DNA from: Octopus sinensis
Lineage: Eukaryota
DNA: 64,000 nt
Reading direction: 5' to 3'
Assembly: GCF_006345805.1 (NCBI RefSeq)
Contig: NC_043007.1
Span: 60,636,001-60,700,000, forward strand
Shown: in pieces, positions 50,237 to 63,419 of the stretch
How positions within the stretch are numbered: the first letter of the stretch is position 1
Layout of the letters: each line of letters begins with the position of its first letter
Made by a program: the position numbers and the translations under genes
Notes under the pieces: generated by a model
Seen by the model: only the letters and a program-made list of their open reading frames with translations
Databases searched by the model: none
What the model was told of the DNA's origin: nothing

Positions 50237-52703
50237 CATCATCATCGTTTAACGTCCGTTCTCCATGCTAGCATGGGTTGGGCGGTTCGACCGGGGATCT
50301 GGGAAGCCAGAAGGCTGCACCAGACTCCAGTCTTATCTGGCAATGTTTCTACAGCTGGATGCCCTTCCTAACGCCAACCACTCCGTGAGTGTAGTGGGTG
50401 CTTTTTACGTGTCACCCGCACAGGTGCCAGGCGAGGCTGGCAGCGGCCACGGTCGGATTGGTGCATTTTACGTGCCACCGGCACGGAAGCCAGTCGAGGC
50501 GGCACTGGCTTCGGCCGCTATTTGGATGGTGCTTTTTACACGCCACCGGCACGGAAGCCAGTCTAGGTGGCGCTGGCATCGGCCATGATTCGGATAGTGC
50601 TTTTTACGTACCACCAGTCCAGGGGTCCTGGCATCTGCCGGGTGCCAGTCATAGGATTGGTTCAATATCAATTCCAATTTCGATTTCACTTGCCCCAACA
50701 TGTCTTCGCAAGCAAAGGGGGTTGGCATGGGTGCCTGTCGTCGGATGAGGTTCGATATCGACTTCGCTTGCCTCAACAGGTCTTTATGTCCAAGGGAGGA
50801 AAGGCATGCATAAGTGGGCTGGGCTCACTTGTCCTGGTCTTCTCAGGTACAGCATATTTCCAAAGGTCTCGGTCGCTGGTCATTTCCTCAGTGAGGCCTA
50901 AAGTTCGAAGGTCGTGCTTTACCACCTCGTCCCAGGTTTTCCTGGGTCTACCTCTTCCACGGGTTCCCTCAACTGCTAGGGATTGGCACTTTTTCACACA
51001 CCTATCTTCATCCATTCTCGCCACATGACCATACCAGCGCAATCGTCTTTCTTGCACACCACAACTGATGCTTCTTAGGTACAACATTTCTCTCAAGGTA
51101 CTAACGCTCTGTCGAGTATGTACACTGACATTACACATCCATCGGAGCATACTTACTTCATTCCTCGTGAGCTTACGCATGTCCTCAGCAGTCACGGCCC
51201 ATGTTTCACTGCCATGTAGCGTGGCTGTTCGTACACATGCATCATACAGTCCGCCTTTTACTCTGAGCGAGAGGCCTTTAGTCACCAGCAGAGGTAAGAG
51301 CTCCCTAAACTTTGCCCAGGCTATTCTTATTCTAGCAGTTACACTTTCAACGCACCCACCCCCACTACTGACTTGGTCACCTAGATAACGGAAGCTATCA
51401 ACTACTTCTAGTTTTTCCCCCTGGAAAGTGACGGAAGTTGTTTTCTGCAGATTTTCAGAGGTTAATGCTCCCGAGCATCTGCCACATACAAAAACTATCT
51501 TCCCAGTTAGCCTACCTTTGACATTGCTGCACCTCTTATGTGTCCATAGCTTACACTGGGTACATCTTATAGAGTTTCTACCTACACCTTTTCTACAGAT
51601 CGAGCAGGGCCATCTTCCTGAAGACATTTGTGGATTGTCTACCTTCCTACTTATTAGTACTTTGGTTTTAGCTAGGTTGACTCTAAGGCCCCTCGATTCT
51701 AAACCCTCCTTCCACACCTGGAACTTCTCCTCCAGTTCTTATAGTGACTCAGCAATTAGAGCAAGGTCGTCAGCATAGAGGAGCTCCCAGAGGCAACATG
51801 TCTTGAATTCCTCTGTAATTGCCTGGAGGACTATGATAAATAGGAGGGGGCTGAGTACTGAACCCTGGTGGACCCCAACCTCTACTTTGAATTCTTCTGT
51901 GCACATGTTGCCAACCCTAACCTTACTTACGGCATCTCTGTACATGGCTTGCACAGCCCTCACCAGCCATTCATCTATCCCTAGTTTCCTCATTGACCAC
52001 CAGATAAGGGATTGGGGGACCCTGTCAATGAAAGCCAGGTACAGGGGCTTATCTTTGGCTAGGTATTTCTCCTGCAGTTGCCTTACCAGGAATATAGCAT
52101 CAGTGGTACTTTTCCCTGGCACGAACCCAAACTGCATCTCATCTAAACTAACTCTCTCTAATTAGTTGGGCTATGACCCTCTCCGTAACCTTCATCACCT
52201 GATCCAACAGCTTGATACCTCTGTAATTATTTGTATCTAGGGCGTCACCTTTACCTTTGTAGCAGTTGACTAGTATGCTGCTACACCAGTCATTGGGTAT
52301 GACTCCTTCGTGTATCACCTGGTTGACTATACTGGTGACTAGGTTATAGCCAACACTGCCAGATATTTTGAGCATCTCTGCAGTAATTCCTGATGGGCCT
52401 GGGGCTTTCCCTGTCTTCATGCTTCTAATTGCTTTAACTACCAAAGAATTGTCAACTCGGATGGCTGGTCCCTCTGTTGGGTTGACTTTCGGCAGACTCT
52501 CTTTATCCCATTCATTTTCTTTATTCAGCAACCTTTCATAGTGGCATCTCCAAACCTCTCTCTTTGCATCCTCATTTAGCGCAAGTGAACCATCATCCAT
52601 GCGGACACATTTCTCTCCTACCACATCACGATTCTCTCTCACACACTGTCTTGCAACACGAAATACCTCAAGTCTTTCATCCTCATGGCTCAGAACATTG
52701 GCA
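50237..52703 (-). mobile_element. 5'-truncated RTE-clade LINE (family A), young but disabled, in DcpS intron 3
   Basis: RT motifs QFGFVPGKSTTDAIF, GVHQGSVLSPLLF, LLYADDL and SFRYLG; C-terminal RGRPRKTW; 3' UTR ending in a (GAT)n tail at 50237. Frameshift near 52140, in-frame stop at 51739, short deletion after LAFID. Confidence 0.95.
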
Positions 52704-52843
52704 GGCGTTAGGAAGGGCATCCAGCTGTAGAAACACTGCCAGATAAGACTGGAGCCTGGTGCAGCCTTCTGACTTCCCAGATCCCCAGTCGAACCGTCCA
52801 ACCCATGCTAGCATGGAGAACGGACGTTAAACGATTATGATGA

Positions 52844-52888
<45 letters not shown>

Positions 52889-55623
52889 CATCGTTTAGCA
52901 TCCGTTTTCTATGCTGGCATGGGTTGGACGGTTTGACTGGGGGCTGGCAAGTCCAAGAGGCTGCATCAGACTCCAATCTAATCTGAACAATGTTTCTACA
53001 GCTGGATGCCTTCCTAATGCCAACCACTTCGAGTGTGTAGTGGGTGCTTTTCACATGCCACCAGCATGGGAGCCAGTCTGGCAATGACACGTGCATGAAT
53101 GGTACTTATTGTGTGCGACCAGCATATGAGCCAGTCAGGCAGTGCTGGCATTGGCCACAGCTACAATTTCCATTTTTGATTGTGACTTGATGTGTCATTT
53201 TTGATTTTACTTGACTCAATAGGTCTCCTCAAGCACAGTGTGTCACGTGACAATGCAAAGATACTTTTTAAATGGCCTGGTTATGTGACACTGGTATAGG
53301 TTACTGCTGTGATCTCACTTTACTTACCGGTCGTCTCTCTTGCACACCACATTTGATGCTTCTTATGTCCAACATTTCTCTCAGGGTGCTTACACTCCAA
53401 TGCGTGTGCACACTGACATTGGGCTAACACTTTATCTCTCCCTACACCTCCTTTTCTTTCAATGTGTCTGGGGTTTTTAAAAAAATTATATCTTTCTTTA
53501 GTATATACCTATAATTATTTTATTTTATTTGCTTTATGTGTCCATTAAACTCCCTCAACATACCCATTCTGGTTTATGTTACTTGTCACTATATCTGATA
53601 ATTAAATATATTTTACTGCTGATATATGCAAACATGTATGCATATATAGAACTTCTTGGTGTACTACATGTCTACAACCATGTGTGCATATCTGGGTATG
53701 GATCTTATATGTCATCTGTGTGTGTATATCTATTATTTTGTGTTTATTTACTATATGTTGCCACTTACATGTATTTTATAATATGAACGTATGTATCTGC
53801 GTATATACGTTTTGCATACACACACACACATATATATATATACTTTTTTTTTTATATGTGTGCGCCTTTCTCTTTTTGCACCGGTATGAGTATGTAGTTT
53901 TGTATGGTGTTTCTTTTGTGTATACCCTAATCAAAAAACAACTAGAAATCATATATCTATGTATACTAATGTGCAAATATGCCTCTACTCACGTATGAGT
54001 AAATATACTAAACACTTATTTCCTTATAAGATTTTTTTTTTCTGACGTTATGTATAAATTTTTTGTATACTTATGTGCACCCCTATACTCGTACCTTTTC
54101 TTATATTCATAATACGCAATACTCTTCTATTACTTGAATATTAATACTACCATAATAACATTAAATATCCCTCTCACATTATGCCAGGTTAGTTTCTTAC
54201 CTCATCATTTTTATTTATACTAAAACATAGTTACTGTATAACCTTACATATCAATACATATAAAATAAACCCTTTATTTTCATTCCCAGCTCATTTATCT
54301 CCCCTACATTGTTTTATTTTTCCGTACTCCAGCACCCATTATCTAGTTCAACTTTACTTTTTTCATCTTTATAGTCACATCAAGTATTTACTATCTAAAT
54401 TGTAATATTAACAGCTATTTTTTCTTTTCTTTTTTTTTTTTTTACTTATTTTTCTACCTTATATTTAATACATACTAACGAATATTAGTTCTTATGCAAA
54501 CGTAAGTCCATCTTACGCATCTTATTCTTTCTTTAACCCTTTTTACCTCTCTAACACTTTTTTACATTAACTATCTAGTAGCTCTTTATACACTATCTCC
54601 TCAATATTAACTTCATTCTCATGTATGATTTTTTTTTTTAAATATACACCACACTAAGTAATGTTTTTAACTTTCAGGTCATATCTTAATTCAAATATAG
54701 CCATGCCTTTCCATTGGATATTTCTATACAATTTTTTGCCCTCTGCAACTTATTTGAAGGTCAAATTTCTAATATCCTAACTCATCTATAAAGGGAACGT
54801 CTCTGTAACTTCTTTTTACTTATATTATCAAATAACCGTTATAGCCTTTAGTTATAGTTAATACAAAACTAGACTTGTATCTCTTTTTCTCATAAGGATA
54901 AAAATGACTCCCCTAAATTCTTCTCTGCTATTTCCTTTCTCAAGTTCATTGTCAAAATTTTGTTTATACTTCTTGCACTGAAGAGTACATTGATATGTAA
55001 TTAATGTTCGTTTAACGTCCACTTTCTATGCTAGCATGGGTTGGATGATTTTGACTGAGGGCTGGCGAACCAGATGGCTGCACCAGGCTCTAATCTTGAT
55101 TTGGCAGAGTTTCTACAGCTGGATGCCCTTAACGCCAACCACTCCGAGAGTGTAGTGGGTGCTTTCTACGTGCCACCAGCACGGGGGCCAGTCAGGCAGT
55201 ACTGGCAACGACCTTGCTCGAATCCTTTTACACATGCCACCAGCACAGGTGCCAGTAAGGCGATGTTATTTAATTCAGTTCAACCATGAATTTGCATTAT
55301 TTTTATATCTCTGTACGAAATGATCATCTCCATGAATTAAAATTCTCTTATATATTTTAACACCTTCTCTTCTCCATTGTTAACTAAATTGTTGAGTTTT
55401 ATGGGATTTCTTTCCATAAATTCACAACACACCATATACAAGTATTATTTTCAGATTCGCAAATTTACGCCTGTAAACTACCAGCAAAATATGAAGAATC
55501 AATATTAGAAATCTTTTTTGGCAACCTCCAAATTAAAGGACAAATCTAAATTCCATTTTTTACACTTGTATATATCATCATCATCGTCTAATATCCACTT
55601 TCCATGCCAACATGGGTTGGACG

Positions 55624-55655
<32 letters not shown>

Positions 55656-55838
55656 GGGCTTCCACACAGTTTCCCTCTACCAAATTTACTCACAAAGCAT
55701 TGATTGGCCTGGGGCTATAATAAAAGTCATTTGCCCAAGATGCCACACTGTGGGGACTGAACCCCAAACCATGTATTTTCAAGCAAAATTTTTTACACAG
55801 CTATACTTGTGCTTATTTTTTCTGTTTTTTTCTTCCAG

Positions 55839-56162
55839 ATAATCATTGAAAAGAAATATGGTGTGCCAGCATATAAACTATATATGTACTGTCATTACAA
55901 ACCATCTTATCCTCATTTCCATGTGCATATAAACAACATCAAACTGGACTGTCCTGGGAAAACTGTTCATGCAGCTCACCTTCTTAGTGATATTATTCAA
56001 AATATTCAACTTAAAAGTACTTACTATTTGGACAGAACAATAACATATCAGGTAAAACAGAAAACGTTGTTGTATGAGCAACTGAAAAGTGCTGGTCATA
56101 TAGGACAAGATGAAAATAACCCATGTGAAGTAAAAGATCTGGTTGAGGAATCACAGAAATAA
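55839..56162 (+). CDS. DCPS: DcpS exon 4 (HIT motif, stop codon)
   Basis: TTCTTCCAG acceptor; HYKPSYPHFHVH histidine triad and AHLL..II.NI motif; TAA at 56160-56162. Spliced CDS 316+146+225+324 = 1011 nt = 336 aa. Confidence 0.95.
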   Translation: MIIEKKYGVPAYKLYMYCHYKPSYPHFHVHINNIKLDCPGKTVHAAHLLSDIIQNIQLKSTYYLDRTITYQVKQKTLLYEQLKSAGHIGQDENNPCEVKDLVEESQK

Positions 56163-56621
56163 TATTTCATTTTTATATTCATTTTATCACTTGAGTTTAG
56201 TATTTTTATGCTCATTCCATCACATGATTTTAGTATTGAATCTTTGGTTGGAAAACTGACTGCAGTGGTTCATTTTGTCTTGTGAGCGTTGATATTTGGT
56301 ATCACAGGTGTGATGCTTATTGTGAGAAAGAATGAAAGTACTCTTACAAAATATGAGTCACCAGACTGATGACAATGGTTTAATTAAAGAAATTCTTTGA
56401 AATTATTCAATACTTGTTCCTTATATTTTAAAATATTTTGAAATTTTTGTTGTATTTGTAACTGAATATAGCAACTTAATTTTAAAGACAGCAATAGTTT
56501 GTATTGTATGTAGACATCTTGATATTGGTTTCAAATTTTGGCCCATGGCCAGCAGTTTGAGGAGCTGGGTATGTTGGTTATGTCAACCACAAAAGGATGA
56601 AATGCAAAGTCAACCTTTGAA

Positions 56622-56860
56622 TCAATATATATATATAAAGATGAGATTGTGTGTCTGTGTGAATCCCTAAAACTTGAGAACTACCCAACTGATTTCATTC
56701 AAATTTTACATGTTTTACTTAGGGTCTATGTAGTGTGATGGGCAAAAAAATATTCTTGCCTAATGCGTGCCCAGAGAGATCGCTAATCTCTTCCACTATT
56801 TCAGTATTACGTGTCAAAAGTGAAACAATAACATCTTTCTCTTGTAATGTCAGATACCTT
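56622..56860 (+). mobile_element. Short Helitron-like 5' fragment of another family
   Basis: TCAATATATATATATAAAGATGAGATTGTGTGTCTGTG... resembles the 5' layout of the adjacent Helitron (TC, TA-rich, GTCT run, GATTTCATTCAAATTTT). Confidence 0.45.
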
Positions 56861-56922
56861 CACTTCAATAGTTTCATTATTAATACTAAAATCTCACATA
56901 TATACAGGCATACATACATATA

Positions 56923-59445
56923 TCTTTCTATATATAAAAGACAGTTTGTCTGTCTGTGTATCTGTCAGGTTGTACCCTCACCCTGACCATGGCTTTCAAC
57001 CGATTCTGATGAAACTTGACACACACATAGCCCAATGTCATAATTCAAAACTAACGCAGTGAAAATTTTGAAAAGTTCCCCCAGTTCTGAAAAAAATCGA
57101 TAAATTCGACATGGGGTCGAGAATCTAAGCTTTTCATATGCAACACATTTTCTGTTGTAGTTTTCGCAACTTGCAATCAATTTTCACCAAACTCATGGTG
57201 AAGCTTAGTGTTACCCTAAGGAACTTAATTCTGTTGTTAGTTTTCCATGCAATACCTTACCATCAGAAAAAAATCGATAAAATCATGTCATTTTGGGAAA
57301 TCGCATTCAAATTCAAGATGACATATTTTCGACAATATCTTTAACAAATTGGCAGGAATTTTTTTGAAATTCACAGTGAGCATCATGTCCCTTTTGATTC
57401 CAATAGGATACGTTATTACTAGAAAAAATCGGTTAATTACATCATATATGGCACACATAGCAAACCGATTTTTCTGATATATTTTTTGAAAGTTCCCATG
57501 AATTTTCCCTACACCGATGTTGGACATCAAGTTTGCATTAAATGTCAAACTAACGACCAGCAACGTAGGGGGATTTACTTCCATGACGCACCTGGCGGCA
57601 CTGGCAAAACCTTCGTCACGAAACTAATTCTGGCGGAGGTCAGATGCAACACGGACATTGCCCTGGCTGTAGTTTCCTCTGGTATTGCGGCCACATTGCT
57701 TCTGGGTTGCAGAACTGCCCACTCTGCCTTCAGACTCCCGCTCGATCTGGCAAAGTCCGATCTGCAACATCGCCAAGAACTCAGAACATGGGACGAGTGC
57801 ACTATGGCACACAAAGGCGCCCTTGAGGCACTGGACTGGTCCCTGCAAGACATCAGAGACTCTACGGCCCCCATGGGAGGATTGACGTTACTTTTTTCAG
57901 GAGACTTCAGGCAGACTCTACCTGTTATTCCTAAAGGAACCCGTGCATGCGTGCCTTAAGTCGTTAGCTCTTTGGGCACATGTGCGGCCCTTGCACCTCC
58001 AAACTAACATTCACACGCAGTTGATTGGTGACAGCGGATCCGCTGCATTCTCCAGAGACCTTTTATCGCTCGGTGAAAATAGGATGCCGGCTGCGTTCAA
58101 TTGGACTCGCTTTGCACCACTGTCGACACCCCTGCTAGCTTCCGGGACGCTGTCTTCCACAACCTACAAAACAATTTACGCGACCTAAAATGGCTGGCAG
58201 GCAGAGCTATTCTCGCACCCAAAAATACAACCGTCAGCTACTTGAAGCTATTCCTGGTGATGTCCACGTCTACAAATCTGATAATTAAATATATTTTACT
58301 GCTGATATATGCAAACATGTATGCATATATAGAACTTCTTGGTGTACTACATGTCTACAACCATGTGTGCATATCTGGGTATGGATCTTATATGTCATCT
58401 GTGTGTGTATATCTATTATTTTGTGTTTATTTACTATATGTTGCCACTTACATGTATTTTATAATATGAACGTATGTATCTGCGTATATACGTTTTGCAT
58501 ACACACACATATATATATACAGCAGACCCTGCCAAGCTTGCCGATTATCCTGTTGAATTCCTGAATTCACTTGAACCGCCACACATCCTGAAGTTAAAAG
58601 TCTGCGCGCCTATTATGCTCATCAGGAATTTGGTTCCACCTAAACAGTGCAACGGCACACATCTGGTTGTGAAACATTTGGCACCACATTTAATAATGGC
58701 CACAATACTTACCGGTTGTGGGAAGGGAGATGATGTCATGCACCTTCAACCGTCGGGCGCTGACCTACCAATCCATTTCAGGCGTTCTCAGTTTCCTGTT
58801 AAACTCTGCTTCACAATGTCCATCAATAAATCCCAAGGCCAAATGCTACAAGTCGCTGGGTTACATTTGGGCGAACAGTGCTTCGCCCATGGTCAACTCT
58901 ACGTGGGCTGTTCACGCGTTGGGAGGCGCAATGATGTTTTCATGTTTTCGCCCAAAGGGACAGCTAGAAACGTTGTATACACAGAAGTATTGGAGTGAAG
59001 AGAAGACATTGCAACCTACACATGCGCCTTCGTTCCCTAGAGGGATTAGTCGTTGCCTACTGGAGGCTCCCGAGCCCCCTTTCGCTAGACTTAAGTTAGG
59101 ATTAGGTAGGGCTTAGCTGTGGTCCGAACCTAACTTGTGTTGTGGGGGGGGGGGGTCAAAAGGGCCGGCATGTGCAACCATATCACCTCTGCCTGTCAAA
59201 CTCCCAACCCATGCGTTCCCGTCGTGACACTGATCTCGCAGAACTGGGTTGGGTGTGCTAAACAAAACCAGAAAATGCACTTTGACTGTCATAGATTTTC
59301 TTCATGCATGCAAGGGAATGGTGCCTTAATGCCTTTTAGGCTTCATTTTACAAAATAACGATTCAATGAGTACAAAAAAAGGGTAAAAAGGTAAAGGGCA
59401 TTGCCTATCGACAAAGTTCCTTACATACCCGGGCTATGCTGCTAG
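56923..59445 (+). mobile_element. Internally deleted Helitron with a disrupted PIF1-family helicase
   Basis: A|TC 5' end (ATA|TCTTTCTATATATAAAAG); helicase motifs [61 protein letters not shown]; 3' CATACCCGGGCTATG palindrome then CTAG|T at 59442-59446. No Rep domain seen. Confidence 0.9.
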
Positions 59446-59535
59446 TATATATATATATGTGTGTGTGTGTGTGTGCGTCTATACATCTGTACAGATGTGT
59501 ATATATATATAGATGTACATGTATAGTATAGTAGA

Positions 59536-59588
<53 letters not shown>

Positions 59589-60089
59589 GTATATATAGAT
59601 TTGTTTATGTATGTATGTATATGTGTTCGTATATATGTATGTAATATGTACACATATACATGCATACATATATTTATACATGTATATAAACACACACATA
59701 TATATATAGGTCAAGGTGTGGCTGTGTGGTAAGAAACTTGGTTCCCATGAAATGAAAAGTCATAAATTTCTGATGTTAATGAAATTTCAACCACAGGTAG
59801 TTGACATAAATTGAGAAGTATTCCCAAAGTTTCCGCTTCTCACGAGGATTCTAAGACTCCCTAATAGGGGCTTAACTCTCAGATTTTAGTCATTAGTTGA
59901 TGGAAGCTTGTTGTGTGTATAAGGTGCTGATCTTGATCTTTTCTATATGACTGTTGTATATCATGTAAGCTGTGTAAAAAGATCAATAAGCAACAGGTTT
60001 AGCCGGAAATGAATATACACACACACATCTACTATACTATACATGTACATCTATATATATATACACATCTGTACAGATGTATACAGACG

Positions 60090-60125
<36 letters not shown>

Positions 60126-60164
60126 CTAGCAGCATAGCCCGGGTATGTAAGGAACTTTGTCGAT
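59407..60164. repeat. Inverted duplication (about 140-150 bp arms) of the Helitron 3' end plus flank
   Basis: 59407-59548 is the reverse complement of about 60014-60164, apart from microsatellite length changes and one 2-nt indel. Confidence 0.9.
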
Positions 60165-63100
60165 GAAATGCAGCTGAATCAATAATTTATGCCTTTGATT
60201 TTTAATAATTTATTCTAAAGGAAATTGTAATATATTGTCCCATGCATGCAATATGTCGTCCAGTTCAAGTGTTTGCCCAATAAATACAAAACAAGAATGA
60301 AGGCATCGATATTATATTTTCAAAGAAAATTTCAATACATTTGATATATATTCAGCAGTTGAATTAGGTTTTGGATCTATGATCACCATAAAATAAAAAT
60401 ACAAAGATATATGTTCAATGATGATTATATTTAAAAGTTTGCTTCCACGTTCATTAGGTTACTGTTCTCAGAAATATGTATTCAACCGCTGAAAGAAAAA
60501 AAATGAAACAAAACAAAAAAGAAAATTAATACAGGCATAGCCATGTGGTTAAGAAATTCACTTCACAACCATATGGTTCCAAATTCAATCCCACTGTATG
60601 GTATCTTGAGCATGTGTCTTCTACTCTAGCTTTTGAGGTAAAAATTTGATAGACAAAGACTGCACAGAAGGGATGCTGATAAATCATAGTACAAAAATTA
60701 CCCTATGGCATTCAGTTATTAGAGTTATGTTCTTTTAAGCTAAAATTAGTTTATGTTATCACTCTCTAATTATGGGAATATGGCCAGTATAGATCTGGGA
60801 AGTCCATAGTTCAAATGAGGACTCAATATACAGTTCCATAGTGTATATTTTATTGTAGTGAGAAGTTCTTATGAAGAGCTTTTCTGCTTCATGGGTCTAG
60901 TTGATATATGGAATAGCTAATAAAGTACTAAATCAATATAATCAATTAGAAGTCTTGAAAGTGATGCCTCATTCCAGAAGAGTGAAACCAGTCCTAGAAT
61001 ATAAGGCAATGTTTAATACTAATGAATTTTGTTTTCAGTTAGCATAATTTATAACAGAAGAAATAAAGAAAACTTTGGGATGGGAGTGAGAAAACTAAGT
61101 AAATGGGATGAATGAGATTGGTGTGTTGAAAATAAGGGGCTTGAGAGAGTGAGTGTATTCCAGGAATATATGTGAAAGAATAAAAGTGCTACAAGAATGT
61201 AGACAACTAAAATCATACAAAGCTAACACATTGAAGTTGATATTTTAAAAACAAAGACAACTATACTTCATGGTGGCCATTTTTGATAATCATAAAAAAC
61301 AAAAACTGATTATATGGACTTTAAATCAATATAGACTATATCACAAAAGGCCATAATAATGAGACAGAAAGGACTTGTGTTTGTAATTGTATCAGATTGT
61401 CCCAAACCAAACAAAGAAATGTTTCTTCAATACTCATTTCTGTATCCCACTCATTTTCAATTTGTTCTATTACAATAGACACATGACACTTTATTTCTAA
61501 AGTAGGAGAAAGCCAGCTTTGTTTTATAGTAATTGCCTTGCTTTTTTTTTACAATCCTTTGACTAGGCATGCAAGGAAAATATCTACAGGAGATGGGAAA
61601 AGTTGATTGAATTAATCTTAGTATTTTATATAGATTTAAGGCTTGTAAATTGTATAAAATAATTCGTGTGCTTATATATACATTTTTTTTTTGATTTATG
61701 TATGTATGTGGATGGTTGGCTTTGTATGCATTTAGGCACCTACTTCTTGAGTCAATTAATTGTAATAGGCTTATTTAGAGAGAAAATGTGCAAATAATGA
61801 GAAGCAGAGTTAAGTGCAAACAAAGTTTAAAAATGGAAAATAGTTACAATGAAGGCACATCATGGTGATGATTTGAACATTTTCAGAAGTGGGTGTCAAC
61901 AAAGAAGTCAGCTCTTTTTGTTTTTTTACTGTACGTAATGAATGCTTGTAACAGGGCTTACAATTCTGTACACATATGAAGCAGAGAAATTTTCATGTTA
62001 CCCTTTTGTTAATAAGATTGTAAAATCATCTCTTAACAGCACCACCTCATTATAAGAGGTGATTCTTAATGATTATTTTTATAAACTTATAAAGGATAAA
62101 AATAAATGTAAAAAAAAAAGTAGTATCACATGGAGAAGAGCATGCTTTCTCTGTAAGACAATTAGATAAAATACACCAAAAATCATTCCATCAATACTGA
62201 TCATAAAAGAAAATAAATAAAAATGCAGAAAAAACAATCCCACTTTGGTATCAAAATAACAAGGTTTAGTTACTGAATTAAATGAGAAAAGTAAGCAAAT
62301 CTTTCATAAAATTACATTGAGAAATATTATCAAACAGAAAATTATTTATTTTTAGGAATTCTATATCTAATTCAGCAATCAAAATAATGTTCAGATCACT
62401 TGCTTAATTGCAGCACATGTCTTTTGAATTTATAATTCCTTATATCTATTAACTGCATTTGTGAGGAAATTAAATATTTTTCTTCATGAGGCAAAAACAA
62501 AATTGGAAATTTAATTTTAATCCTTGAAGTTACATATAAAAATCCTTGTGTATTGATGAAACAAATTTACCAAAATGAAAACTATTATATTAAACAGAGC
62601 ATCACCTTATGAAACATTTAAGTGAAAAATATTTTCCAATCCTCAAGAACTCAGCTAATAATTTTTGTCTTATGTAAGAAAAATTTTAAATGTTACAGGC
62701 AATAGAAGAATAGAGCAATGAAAAGGGTCACAATTGTCAAAAAATGCCTAGATAAAAATGTCAACACTTAATACTGTATGGTATAGCATTGAAGACATAA
62801 GCTACAAAAGTGTGATTGTGATATTCCTTGTGATACAAGAAGTTATAGATTTGTTAGTTATGTTAATTTACATCTGCATACTTGGGAAAAAATTCATGAG
62901 GCTAAAAGATTTTAAGAAAAGTTGTTTAAGCAAGTTTCTCATCAACATACAGAACATAAATCCTTCCATACCTTTTAATCAATAAAAGCCAATTTCCAAA
63001 TTGCTAGGTTACAAAAAAAAATAATTGGTCAATTGCACAGCAATTACAATTTAAAATTAATACCTTTTGATATGGCCAGTTTTACAAAGTAAAAATGTGT

Positions 63101-63419
63101 TGTTAATTGTGCAGATGCAGACTGAGTGAGACTCTGCTTGACAGGCACCAAGGAGGATCCAAGAATATACCAACCGATGACAACTACAGCAACATATTGC
63201 AATGGCACATTCCCCACATCTGACCTGACAGACAATTATTACAAACTGATTCTTGTGAGAATTGAATTCAGAACAGTGAGGCTCTGGTGTAAATACCATA
63301 TTCAGTTCTCTACTGTCTGCACCTTAAAGCAAATAATTCATACTTATTTACAATGTCCATTTTCTCAAAGACTTTTCTTTAATTCAAATAATGTGTCGCA
63401 ATTGTATTTTGTTGTTTGG

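Noticed and set aside
50773-52801. Active autonomous LINE
   Set aside because: 5'-truncated (no endonuclease), with a frameshift, an in-frame stop and a deletion in an RT motif.
57486-58998. Host PIF1 helicase gene
   Set aside because: Intronless, frameshifted, interrupted, and enclosed by Helitron TC...CTAG termini at an A|T site.
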